DNA of 63,402 nucleotides, filler included, from Stramenopiles sp. TOSAG23-2 (taxonomy: Eukaryota), in NCBI GenBank assembly GCA_900128395.1. It is 11 parts of 11 records of this genome, joined end to end, with 100 filler letters (N's around TTAATTAATTAA, not from the genome) between each part and the next. Parts side by side here need not be neighbours in the genome. Positions count along the whole stretch, not along the records: positions 13,511 to 20,160 come from LT650427.1; positions 20,261 to 26,895 come from LT650428.1; 9 more parts are not named here. One strand, given 5' to 3'. The first letter of the stretch is position 1. Each line of letters opens with the position of its first letter. The translations under genes were made by a program, and so were the position numbers. This document shows, piece after piece, positions 13,874-24,071 of the stretch. Below the pieces are notes generated by a model that was not told the DNA's origin, ran no database searches, and saw only the letters and a program-made list of their open reading frames with translations.

Positions 13874-15490
13874 ATGGACTCTCTTAATAGCAACCATATA
13901 AAATTAATTGCCATATCATTTGCATCTGGTGCATGTATAACATATTTAAGCATGAAATTATTTTCCACCAACAATAATGATAACAAGAAAAAACAAGTTT
14001 CTAAATCCTCATCAATATTATTAAATTCCACTTCAAGCGAAAATTTAGATACACCGGAAACATTTCAAACTGCTGGAACACATTTACTAGACTGGATTAT
14101 TAATTATCGTAAAGAATGTAGAGATTTACCAGTTGTATCCACTGTGAAACATAATTATTTAAAAGATATATTACCAAAAGAAGCACCAGAAAATTCAGAA
14201 TCATGGAATAATATTTTCGATGATTTATCAACTAAAATTGTTCCAGGTTTAACAAATTGGCAAGCTTCAAATAAATTCTTTGCATATTTCAAACCGCATT
14301 CTTCGTACCCAGCAGTCTTAGCAGAAACATTATGCGCTGGTCTCAATGTCATGGGATTTGATTGGATTGCAAGTCCAGCATGTACTGAATTAGAAGTTGT
14401 AACATTAGATTGGTTAGCAACCATTTTAAATTTACCAGAAAAATTCAAAGCATCTTCTCCAGGCCCTGGTGGTAGTGTTATTCAAGGTAGCGCAGGTGAA
14501 AGCGCAATTGTTGTCTTATTAGCGGCATGTTTACGTAAAGCATCGAATATCAACAAGAGCAAGAACGATGGAACGTGTCGTCGCGATAAAATGGCTGTAT
14601 TTGCATCTGATCAAACACATACTATAATTAAAAAAGCATGTAGAATATTAGGTTTACATTACGTGGAAGTGCCATCTAAATTGGAAAATAATTGGGCTAT
14701 TAGTACATATGATATGGAAGATGCAATATTAAAATCAAAAAATGAAGGTGGTTATATACCATTAGCAATTGTTGGAACTCCAGGTACCACATCATCATGT
14801 GCATTTGATAATTTATCTGAAATTGGAAAATTAGCGAAAAAATACAATTTATGGTTTCATGTTGATGCAGCATATGGTGGTGCATATGCAGCATTACCAG
14901 AAATGAAAATGAAATTTATTGGTGTCGATTTATGTGATTCCTTTTGTGTTAATGCACATAAAAAAATATTATGTCCATTTGATTTATCTGCATTATATGT
15001 AGCTGATCGACATCATATTATGAAAGCATTATCAGTAGAAAGTGAATATTTAAAAAACGATGCGTCAGATAGTGGTGCAGTAGTTGATTATGAAAATTGG
15101 CAATTGCCATTAGGTAGACGTTTTAGGGCATTAAAATTATGGTTTGTTTTACGACGTTTTGGTGCAAATGGTATAAGAAAACATGTTCGAAAAGGTATTG
15201 AATATAGAAAAATATTGGAGAATTTAATTGAACAAGATACAAATGAAATGTTTGAAATTGCTGCACCACCATCATTATCATTAATTTGTTTTCGTTTAAA
15301 AAATCGTAGTGAAGCGGAACATAAATTGTTTTTAAAAGAATTGAAACAAACAGGTGATTGTTTTATTATACATACAAAATTAGGTGGTAAAATAGTTTTA
15401 CGTATTGCTTGTGGTGGTATTGAACAGACGGAAGATGATGTGATCAATGCATGGAATGTTATATCTAAATTGGCATATAAATTGTTTTGA
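13874..15490 (+). CDS. Group II PLP-dependent (aromatic L-amino acid-type) decarboxylase
   Basis: IVPGLTNW, WIASPACTELE, GGSVIQGSAGES, GTTSSCAFD, WFHVDAAYGG, NAHK (PLP lysine), WQLPLGRRFRALKLWF. Confidence 0.93.
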   Translation: MDSLNSNHIKLIAISFASGACITYLSMKLFSTNNNDNKKKQVSKSSSILLNSTSSENLDTPETFQTAGTHLLDWIINYRKECRDLPVVSTVKHNYLKDILPKEAPENSESWNNIFDDLSTKIVPGLTNWQASNKFFAYFKPHSSYPAVLAETLCAGLNVMGFDWIASPACTELEVVTLDWLATILNLPEKFKASSPGPGGSVIQGSAGESAIVVLLAACLRKASNINKSKNDGTCRRDKMAVFASDQTHTIIKKACRILGLHYVEVPSKLENNWAISTYDMEDAILKSKNEGGYIPLAIVGTPGTTSSCAFDNLSEIGKLAKKYNLWFHVDAAYGGAYAALPEMKMKFIGVDLCDSFCVNAHKKILCPFDLSALYVADRHHIMKALSVESEYLKNDASDSGAVVDYENWQLPLGRRFRALKLWFVLRRFGANGIRKHVRKGIEYRKILENLIEQDTNEMFEIAAPPSLSLICFRLKNRSEAEHKLFLKELKQTGDCFIIHTKLGGKIVLRIACGGIEQTEDDVINAWNVISKLAYKLF

Positions 15491-16051
15491 GATAGAAGGC
15501 AGAGAGAGGAGGAGAGATTTTTTTCTATTTTAAAACTCGATTTTGTTACGATTGATGTATTTTTAATGATATAAAATCCAATATTAAAATTATAAATTAA
15601 AATATAAACTACTTCATTTTTACAGTATCATACAATTACCTCCACTTTTTAATTTCTAAAACTTCAATATTTTTTTATATTATTTAATAATTTCCGATTT
15701 GTCAGTTCCCACGACATGGTAATGCTAATGCTATGTCCATAGACTGAAAAAGACAAAACTACTTGAAAATAAAAATACGACGTGGTGCGAGCGGGAATAT
15801 GCACCGCCAGAGAGGAGAACATATATGCTAGAGAAAAAATAGTATACGAGAGAGATAGACAAAAATAGGAAACAATAGAAAAGAACAAACAGATGTAATA
15901 TAATTCATATATCATACAAATACGAAAACATATTGTAAATTCTATTTTATTCGTTGACTTTCATAGTTTTCGATTTTTCTGATTAATATTAAGAAAGGTA
16001 TATTCAATAAACACAAAATTATAATTCATATATTTTCCTTCACCTACAGAT

Positions 16052-17629
16052 ATGATGAGGTCATCTAATAAGAATACAACTTACCTCACACATTTACAAC
16101 AACTCATGGATGATAATTCCGAGGACACATTGGACAATGAAAACAACGATAATAATAACAATTCATCCAACAATAATGGTGGTGAAAAGAAACGAAAACG
16201 ATCTGATGATGCCGGAACAGCAAAGTTGCCAACTAGAAAATCTAAACGTGGGACAAGAAAGCTATTACATTTTTTGCCACCAGATGTAGCCACCAGCTAC
16301 AGGCTGGGGGAGTTAACAATGATTCAGGCAGTGGCTATGGCGAAAGATCAGCAAAATAATTCCACCGCAATGTCCAATGGATCACGTAGTCGCCAACACC
16401 GTGATACTGTTGAAAATGCCAGACAAGAAGTCATCGATCTAACATTCGATTCTGATTCTGATGACAATAGTGTTGAAAATACCACTGTGAATTCATCAAA
16501 CAATGAAACCAAAAATGAAGTAGTGGTGAATGGAACAATGGGTAGTAGTAATGTATCGACGACGACATCGGAACAAAGTGGACCATGCTTATTACTTAAC
16601 GATGGATCCAAAATTAATCCAGAAAGTGATCTTGATGCTGTACTTGACGATAACCATGATATCCGTATGGAAGACGATACTTCCAACAACATGAATAATA
16701 ATGATTTATTGTTCTTCAACAGGCCATTTTATATTTTACTAACTAATCGATGGTATGAAGGTTCTGCAAAAGTATCTGATACCAATGGTGAAATTCGTAT
16801 TATATACACAAACAAAACAGTTTTTTCATACAGAACTTTTCCAGATTACCACGCTGATATTATTAAGTACAAAGCAGAAGGTAAGTTCAAATGGAAAGAT
16901 GAAGTCAACGATGAAGAAGAACAACAATTAAGTGTTGCAGCAATGCAACCGCCGTTTAAAGAAAAAAGTAAAAAAAGTAAAAACATATTAATACAACAAC
17001 CGTTTGTAGCACCAACAAAATGGAAACCAACATGCAAAAAAGATGAGTATTGTACCATTTGTTTAGACTACGGAAGTAATTTTAAATTAAAAGGTTGTGG
17101 TCATGTATTTCATTTAGAATGTATACAAACGGAAATTGGAACAATTCGACCAAAACAAAAAAATGAAAACATGAAATGCAGCGAAAAATGCCCCAATTGC
17201 CGCAAGCCGATATTGGGCAACAGTAAGAAAAGGTTAGGTGATGAGTTTACTCCAATCTATTCGCAAAAGGAAGAAACTGATGATGATATGGTACAAAAAG
17301 ATATTGATATTATCCAAGCTGCAATAAATCGTGGGAATCGTTCACCAATAGCATATCACGTTGATGAAAGTTACGCATCTTCAGACTCTGAATTGTCAGA
17401 TAGCCCAGATGATGATGATAGCACAATGGAGAGTTTGAACCACTTTCCACGAAATGAATTGGGACACACAGGAACTTTACGCCGCAGTGTGGTTGCAGGC
17501 CATCCTCTTTGGTCATGTTGTTACCTTCCCCATTATGCAAGATGTAGATATGCAAATGAAGAAGAAGGAGAAGAAATTATTGAATATAACAAAGAGAACG
17601 AAGATGAAGAAGTTGTAGTCGTTCATTAA
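16052..17629 (+). CDS. RING-H2 E3 ligase-like protein with a SUMO-interacting-like motif
   Basis: CTIC..CGHVFHLEC..CPNCR; EVIDLTFDSDSDD. Confidence 0.75.
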   Translation: MMRSSNKNTTYLTHLQQLMDDNSEDTLDNENNDNNNNSSNNNGGEKKRKRSDDAGTAKLPTRKSKRGTRKLLHFLPPDVATSYRLGELTMIQAVAMAKDQQNNSTAMSNGSRSRQHRDTVENARQEVIDLTFDSDSDDNSVENTTVNSSNNETKNEVVVNGTMGSSNVSTTTSEQSGPCLLLNDGSKINPESDLDAVLDDNHDIRMEDDTSNNMNNNDLLFFNRPFYILLTNRWYEGSAKVSDTNGEIRIIYTNKTVFSYRTFPDYHADIIKYKAEGKFKWKDEVNDEEEQQLSVAAMQPPFKEKSKKSKNILIQQPFVAPTKWKPTCKKDEYCTICLDYGSNFKLKGCGHVFHLECIQTEIGTIRPKQKNENMKCSEKCPNCRKPILGNSKKRLGDEFTPIYSQKEETDDDMVQKDIDIIQAAINRGNRSPIAYHVDESYASSDSELSDSPDDDDSTMESLNHFPRNELGHTGTLRRSVVAGHPLWSCCYLPHYARCRYANEEEGEEIIEYNKENEDEEVVVVH

Positions 17630-18112
17630 AGTTGTAAGTAGTCCGGTGGTCTACATTTTTTTTTATTACGAATATATAATATATATTTTGATTAACTCTA
17701 TAAAAGGAGAGAGGAGAAATTTTTTTATTTAAAAAACATTTTTAATGTAATCATAATGCATGTCATATATGATCCACATTCCGTTTATCAAGTAAAGAAC
17801 ATGAAAATAAAGACAAAAATATATAAAAATAAAAATATATACGACATACGTACGAAATATTTTTTTTTAAAAAAAAAAGTTTACAAATTTTTTAAATTTT
17901 GATTAATATACACACATGGTGCGCGTAAACACACATACACACATATACATATCCTAATCTCCACAAACTATTTCAAACACTAAAAAAAACACACTCTTTT
18001 TTTCTTCTCTCTCTCTCATTATTAATCTGTATTTTCATTTTTTTCAAAAATTATAAATATATTTTTTTTTTACTGTTATTATAAAACTATCATAAAACGC
18101 ATGATGGGTTTC

Positions 18113-19483
18113 TTAGGTATGAACATTATTGATACACCATTTCAAATAATTTTGTGATATTTCTTGTTCTAAGCAATTTTCACCAGCATATTTTGGTTTC
18201 TTTGGATGTTTATCCAATTGATTTTGTACACTGTTACATACCCTAACTTGTTCTTCCCTTGATATTTGATTTTCGTTGTTTTTACCTACTGTTCCTGAAT
18301 ACATCGTTGGAAAGTCCCTGCATTGAGTATCAGGATGACATAAAAGGAATTGACATGCATACCCACTTGCTTCTGTTCTTTCTTCCATACGTACAGCAGC
18401 AATATGTAATTCAGCATTGACACTACGTCCAGCTTTTCTTGCAATGGATTTAACAAAGTTACGGCCGGAATTATCCAAACTAGCGATCCAGCTTTCCAAT
18501 TTTTTAATAGAAGCAGTCTCATTTGCTACGGTTACTAAAGGTGTAAGAGATACATTCTTCAATTCTTTGCCTGCTTTATTTACGATTGCATCTTCATTTA
18601 ATTTTGCCATGATGAATTTCTTCACTTGCACATCGCGTTTATCCAAAACAGCTTCATCACGCACAAATGATTTTTCCATTTGATTGTAAGAATCTTGCAA
18701 GAGTTTGTAGTTGGATGCACGTTGATTTGTCATGTCTTTAAATGCTTGCATAAACAATTCTTTGTCATGTTCTTCTGCAACACGTACAGCATGTTTACGT
18801 CCTCTCCATGCATTTAATACTTCTTTCAAGTGACGGATGACATCAAATGCACTTTTCTCTTCACCTAACATGGTTTTCTCCGTCTCAACAGCTTTCTTCT
18901 GCTTATCTTGCATTTTTGCTATTTTTTTCTCAGCTTCTTTCAATGCATTGGAGGCTTGACCTTCTACACTTGCAACACCTGCACCATCTTCAGCACTACC
19001 AGTGGCACTACCAGTAGCTGCTTTGGTTGCTGGGCATGATTTCCATCTCCATTGGCCATCGCTTACTTTACCAGTCAATGGACCTTTCTTATCACCTTCT
19101 ACACATACTTTCTCCTCTGACGACCATCCACAGAATGCATCTGATGTACAGGATTCACATTGCGTGTATGAGTTACATGGTTCCGCAGTACAGTAACTAC
19201 CTTCCCAGTTTTTGCAAATTTTAGCATCTGCTGGTCCAGTTGATACATCACCGGAAACACATGCACCACCAGCATCTGCGCACCATACACATGCACTCTC
19301 TGTCAAACAGCTACCGCACAACGTATGTTTGTTACATGCTGAGTTATCAGTAGCTTGTTGCGGTTTTACGCCTGTTTTCACGTCTGCAAATGCTCTTAAC
19401 ATTGCATGACTTTTTCTAACCGTAGTAGCATTTGTAATACTAACTATTGATAATATAACTATTAATAAACTAATGGATTTCAT
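18113..19483 (-). CDS. Secreted protein with two PSI-like Cys repeats and a coiled coil
   Basis: Signal peptide; CGSCLTESACVWC..C and CESCTSDAFCGW..C repeats. Confidence 0.75.
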   Translation of the reverse strand: MKSISLLIVILSIVSITNATTVRKSHAMLRAFADVKTGVKPQQATDNSACNKHTLCGSCLTESACVWCADAGGACVSGDVSTGPADAKICKNWEGSYCTAEPCNSYTQCESCTSDAFCGWSSEEKVCVEGDKKGPLTGKVSDGQWRWKSCPATKAATGSATGSAEDGAGVASVEGQASNALKEAEKKIAKMQDKQKKAVETEKTMLGEEKSAFDVIRHLKEVLNAWRGRKHAVRVAEEHDKELFMQAFKDMTNQRASNYKLLQDSYNQMEKSFVRDEAVLDKRDVQVKKFIMAKLNEDAIVNKAGKELKNVSLTPLVTVANETASIKKLESWIASLDNSGRNFVKSIARKAGRSVNAELHIAAVRMEERTEASGYACQFLLCHPDTQCRDFPTMYSGTVGKNNENQISREEQVRVCNSVQNQLDKHPKKPKYAGENCLEQEISQNYLKWCINNVHT

Positions 19484-19800
19484 ATTGATAAAAAAAATAT
19501 ATATATATAATCTGTTTTAACTGTTCTTTCCCGTCAACTGAAATGTGTGTATATATATATATATATATACTTATAAAAGAATGTTCTAGTTGTATCTAGT
19601 ATACGCTATAATATATATATATATAAATATATATCTAGGATAATGATGAATATTGTTGTAGGTGTATATAGAAATATATACATTCACTTCATTGATTCTT
19701 ACTGTTGTTTTTCTATTTTGATCTCCTTCCCCCTTCTTTTTTTCATTCATTTCTGATTTGCATTGTCCGTCTCTTAGAATCAACCTCGCTTTTTGACTTG

Positions 19801-20050
19801 TATAGGAATAGCATTACTGGAGGTACTAGGCGTAATGGAAGTTATACATAGGAATAGCATTACTGGAGGTACCAGGCGTAATGGAAGTTATACATAGGAA
19901 TAGCATCACTGGAAGTAATACATAGGAATAGCATTAATTATGGGCTTTGTAGCGGTAATTATGGGCTTTGGAGCAGGCAGAAGTAAAGTTATATATACAT
20001 AGGAATAGCATGATGGTACAGTAAAGAGGTATATACATCGGGATAGCATT
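19801..20050. repeat. Minisatellite-like array of (AT)ACATAGGAATAGCAT motif
   Basis: Core motif at about 19802, 19848, 19894, 19922, 19999 and a degenerate copy at 20037; the first two units are near-identical 46-mers. Confidence 0.85.
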
Positions 20051-20260
20051 ACAATGATATTTAATGTGTGTTGTTTCCAGCAGTGTGATGACCATTCGAA
20101 TATGGCTAATCTCATACCATTTTTATAATTGCACAATTATGAAAATGAAATCCACTATGGNNNNNNNNNNNNNNNNNNNNNNNNNNNNNNNNNNNNNNNN
20201 NNNNTTAATTAATTAANNNNNNNNNNNNNNNNNNNNNNNNNNNNNNNNNNNNNNNNNNNN

Positions 20261-20580
20261 ATGAAGAAACAAGAAAAGAGCGAATGCAGCAATTTAAAAA
20301 AAACGAGATAGTTGAAAGTGGAAGAGCAAAAAGACGGGATAGAAATAGAGATGCCAGAAAAAAAAAATTAGAATCTAAAAAAGCAGAAAGGAGAAGAAAA
20401 ATGGTTAATGAACAAAAAAATAGGAATTTGGAAATATTTAGACAACAACGAAACATTAGACCACCCACCCAACAATTTTACAGAGATGTTCCGATGGATC
20501 AACTAGCAGAAACCTTTGGGTTTGACCAAATGAGAGACATTATACATTACACACGGATTTACAGGATGTTAGTGGAGTAA
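20261..20580 (+). CDS. Basic hypothetical protein fragment, probably cut at the contig start and at a junction near 20550
   Basis: Lys/Arg-rich ORF whose last codons overlap the fiber fragment in another frame. Confidence 0.4.
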
Positions 20581-20864
20581 AATATTTATTTTATGTTAGT
20601 AATGATCCAGATGGTATTGGAGAAGAAGCGGAATATGTGGTGGGAAATAGTGATAACACATTTACATTTCAAGAAAAATACAGCAATATATTTTGTTATG
20701 GTGTTATGGTAAATGACTTTCACCAATTAGATAAAAGTAAATTATTTGCTTTAAATTTTGCTGCAACACAGGAATTAGTGAAGGAAAATGAAAAATTAAT
20801 AAACGAAATTTCTGAAATCAAGGAAGATATTAAAATGCTAAAAGCATTATTAGGGGTAGAGTAA
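20556..20864 (+). pseudogene. C-terminal fragment of a viral fiber-like protein (peptidase S74-type intramolecular chaperone region plus coiled coil)
   Basis: Frame reads DLQDVSGVKYLFYVSNDP..NTFTF..NIFCYG..VNDFHQLDKSKLFALNFAATQEL plus coiled coil; in-frame TGA at 20523 and no start codon for the N-terminal part. Confidence 0.6.
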
Positions 20865-20995
20865 AAAAACAGTAAATATAAAAATGCTAACTTACCAAAA
20901 ATCCAAAAAATGAGTTAGTCTAAAATAGTTTTTTTTAGATTTTTATTAACTTATTTAGTAAAATACTTAAGTAAAAAATAGCTTACTAATATATA

Positions 20996-22699
20996 ATGGG
21001 TGGAAATAAAAGTCCAGCTAGAAACCGTGCCGATTTTAAAAGGTGGTATAATCTACAAAATGAAAAAGGGGAATTTCCAAATAAGCGAAAATACCTAAAA
21101 AAAAAATTAATTACTAGAATTATGAAAGGGGAAAAAATAATGTTAAAAAGTTTGCGTAAATATGGATTACTAGATTTTTACAAAAAAAACACTACTAGAC
21201 AGAATAAAACTAAACTAAAACTAGATTTAGATATTGAACCAGCAATTTTAGCAAAACCAGATCCATACATTTTTCCAGATGGCACTATTTCAGAAGAAAG
21301 TATGGGTCCATTTTATACAGCTAGATCTCAAAGTTTGGTGCCAGAGCAAATTGAGGAACCAGTGGACATAAATAACATGGAAATAGATGATAATTTTGGG
21401 GACGAAGATAATATAGATTTTGATATAAATGAAACCACACCAATGGAAAATGTAATAATTAGACCTAAAAAAAAATCACGAAAATCAATTCCAGCAGGAG
21501 TGGCACAACAGATAAATGTAGATGATGAGAATTTACCTACTGATAAACGAGCAAAAACACGAGTTTTACGGAACCGCGTTTTACAAGTTGCCAAAAATTA
21601 CAAAGTGAAAAAAAATGAAATTTTTACATTGACTGATGCTATTAGAGTTTTAAATAATCCAAATTTAAAATCTATTGTGACTGGTAAGCCTTATGCTGAA
21701 TCTACAATAAAAGGATATATTGACACTTTAAGATCATTAATAAAAATAATGAATTGTAAAGAAAATCAAGATATTATAAGTTGTTTTAAAAATGCTAGAA
21801 ATGTAGTTCAAACTGTTAAGAAAAAAGGCTATGCTAATTATAAGGATTATGTTAAGATGCCCGTTGTATTAGCAAATGGTAGTAAAAAATTTGCCGCACT
21901 CTTAGGAGAATTTTCTTTAAAAAAATACAGAATAGCAATGAAAGAAGGATTAGATGAATCTCAAAAAAAACAAGATAAAAGTGTGGAGGAGGATGTAGTA
22001 ATAAATTACGACAAATTTATTTCAGCATATAACAAGCAAAAAGCTAAATTTGATGAATTATTTAATAAATATAAATACGAAATAGGAAAAAATTCTTTTA
22101 AATTAAGCTCAAATGAAAAAAATTTTATAACTGATTTTTTGCTTCTGGCTACACCTATACTTTTAGAGCCGAAAAGGGATAATTTTGGAGATTTAAAAAT
22201 AATTGAAAAACCAAATCAAGCAACTGATAAAAATCAAAATTATTATGTGCGAAAAAACCGCCTAATTATATTAAATCAATATAAAACAGTTAAGAAATAT
22301 AGACAACAAAAATTTTTATTAAAATCAAGAAATAGTTATAATAAAAAAGATGGGAGAGATTTAGGAACGATAATTGAGCAAAGTTTAAAATTATGGGATA
22401 GAAAATATGTAATTGGTAAAATAAGTGGTGATAAATTTAAAAATGGTAAAGCTGGATCACGATTATCAACAGCATTAGAGAAATTTAAGTTAAGAGCACA
22501 AAATCCACGAAAAAATAAAAAAAATCAACCAAAACCGCTAGGTTATAATGACCTGCGACATGCACGCGTGGTTAAATCTAGACAAGATAAAGACACAGCA
22601 GATGAAAAACGACAATTAGCCCAAAAAATGCTTCATTCATCAGCCATGTCAGAAAAATACATGCGTGTTTTAGGCGATAAAGTTTTAGAAAAAGTTTAA
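20996..22699 (+). CDS. Tyrosine recombinase/integrase of virophage/PLV type
   Basis: Core-binding-like YAESTIKGYIDTLRSL; catalytic residues in order: R (LEPKRDN), K (NQYKTVKKY), NDLRH, KMLHS, Y (SEKYMR). Confidence 0.82.
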   Translation: MGGNKSPARNRADFKRWYNLQNEKGEFPNKRKYLKKKLITRIMKGEKIMLKSLRKYGLLDFYKKNTTRQNKTKLKLDLDIEPAILAKPDPYIFPDGTISEESMGPFYTARSQSLVPEQIEEPVDINNMEIDDNFGDEDNIDFDINETTPMENVIIRPKKKSRKSIPAGVAQQINVDDENLPTDKRAKTRVLRNRVLQVAKNYKVKKNEIFTLTDAIRVLNNPNLKSIVTGKPYAESTIKGYIDTLRSLIKIMNCKENQDIISCFKNARNVVQTVKKKGYANYKDYVKMPVVLANGSKKFAALLGEFSLKKYRIAMKEGLDESQKKQDKSVEEDVVINYDKFISAYNKQKAKFDELFNKYKYEIGKNSFKLSSNEKNFITDFLLLATPILLEPKRDNFGDLKIIEKPNQATDKNQNYYVRKNRLIILNQYKTVKKYRQQKFLLKSRNSYNKKDGRDLGTIIEQSLKLWDRKYVIGKISGDKFKNGKAGSRLSTALEKFKLRAQNPRKNKKNQPKPLGYNDLRHARVVKSRQDKDTADEKRQLAQKMLHSSAMSEKYMRVLGDKVLEKV

Positions 22700-22728
22700 T
22701 ATTTTTATAATATGTAATTAATATAAAA

Positions 22729-23367
22729 ATGCTTATAAAACTTGATTCTAGTTTAACTAACCAGAATGCTCATAATTTTGAAGTTGCTTACAATAACTTT
22801 GAATTACAAAAAAATACAGAATATGAATTAGCCTTAGTTTCCTCTCAATTTTTTTATAGTTTTTTCAATATTTCATCCAGTAAAGGTAATAATAATTTAC
22901 GATATGCTTACTCTACTAATGGTGGTGCTAGTTTTACTAATGTTGATATAACATTTGAGGATGGTATATATTCAATATCCCAAATTAATACAAAATTAGA
23001 GCAATCACTACAAGCCAATAATTTCTTCACTACAACGGACGGAGTTAAAAATTATCCAATTGTAATTTCACCTAATTTTTCTACACTAAAATGCCAGATT
23101 ACTTTAAATCAGTCCTTAGTGGCAGGAACAACATTTAGGGTAGATTTTACCACAACTAATTCACTTAAATCACTTTTAGGATTTACTAATATTGTGGTTT
23201 CATCTTCATCAAGTGGTGCAAATGTGGCAGATATTACTGGCGGAGTAATAAATTTAGTAATACATTGTAGTATAATAACTGGTTCTTATGATAATGAAAG
23301 TAGTTCTGATGTGATTTTTGCGGCTCAGCCTAATGCTGGACCAGGAGCCATTTATCAGATTAATTAA
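22729..23367 (+). CDS. Minor capsid (penton)-like protein of Polinton/PLV type, probably C-terminally truncated
   Basis: YELALVS..YSFFNIS..NNNLRY, DITFEDGIYSISQIN, LKSLLGF, ADITGGVINLVIHCSIITGSY..SDVIF..PG; stops at GAIYQIN, where more beta-strands would be expected. Confidence 0.7.
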   Translation: MLIKLDSSLTNQNAHNFEVAYNNFELQKNTEYELALVSSQFFYSFFNISSSKGNNNLRYAYSTNGGASFTNVDITFEDGIYSISQINTKLEQSLQANNFFTTTDGVKNYPIVISPNFSTLKCQITLNQSLVAGTTFRVDFTTTNSLKSLLGFTNIVVSSSSSGANVADITGGVINLVIHCSIITGSYDNESSSDVIFAAQPNAGPGAIYQIN

Positions 23368-23552
23368 AAAAAAGTAATAATTAAAGTATAGTAAATTATA
23401 TAACTTCTATAATTAGCAAAAATAAAAAATGATCATGTTTTATTATTATCTATTTTTAAGTTTATAAAAGTAAAAGTGGAGAGATTAAGAAAATTGAGGT
23501 AGAAAAACGGCAAAAAATGTAAAAAAAGTATAAAAATATTTTTATTTTTGTA

Positions 23553-23629
23553 GATTTTAGCTAACTTTCATCAACTTCAATTTTTTGGATTTTAGCTAAC
23601 TTTTATCAACTTCAATTTTTTGGATTTTA
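23553..23629. repeat. 35-bp tandem direct repeat (about 2.2 copies)
   Basis: GATTTTAGCTAACTTT(C/T)ATCAACTTCAATTTTTTG starting at 23553 and 23588. Confidence 0.9.
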
Positions 23630-23751
23630 TATGCCTTTACAATAGGGGTTATTTTAGGGTTAGAGCACTATTTTTATCCCAAAATTGTCCAAAAATTCAA
23701 ATTTTAAAAAAAGGGCAATGGTGTGTGTATAGTAATAAAGTATATATTCTT

Positions 23752-23951
23752 AAATATTAATAAAAGCCGGAAGACTAACGCCAGTCATTTAAGGACTTTA
23801 CGGAGCAAATAGCATTGACGCTACTGCGTCTATGCTATTCTAACTAATGCTGTGGCGCTGCTATTGTCAAATAGCAGGTACATAGCATAGGAGTTAGGCG
23901 GAGTTAGTCCTTAAATGACTGGCGTTAGTCTTCCGGCTTTTATTAATATTT
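23752..23951. repeat. Perfect 46-bp inverted repeat enclosing two internal hairpins (T-shaped fold-back)
   Basis: Arms 23752-23797 and 23906-23951 are exact reverse complements; inner hairpins at 23808-23839 and 23840-23897. Confidence 0.95.
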
Positions 23952-24071
23952 TAATTTTACTGTACGTGATGTACCCATATCCCTCGGAGTCCAATTAAAT
24001 AGCTTTATAAAACGAAACATAAAATAAGATTTTAATATTCTAACTATAAAATAAAAATATTATTTATATAA

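Larger units (their letters stand above)
20261..23951 (+). mobile_element. Partial Polinton-like virus / virophage-like element
   Basis: Co-oriented intronless, A-rich genes (fiber chaperone fragment, tyrosine recombinase, penton-like), short intergenic gaps with TATATAATG/TATAAAAATG starts, then tandem repeats and a large inverted repeat. Confidence 0.72.

Noticed and set aside
19801-20050. CRISPR array
   Set aside because: The repeat is too short, spacing is irregular, the first spacers are duplicates, and there are no cas genes.
23752-23951. Retron msr-msd or canonical integron attC
   Set aside because: No reverse transcriptase on the contig. GTTAGGC is present, but L/R box spacing is not attC-like and there is no cassette array. 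Kept only as an analogy.
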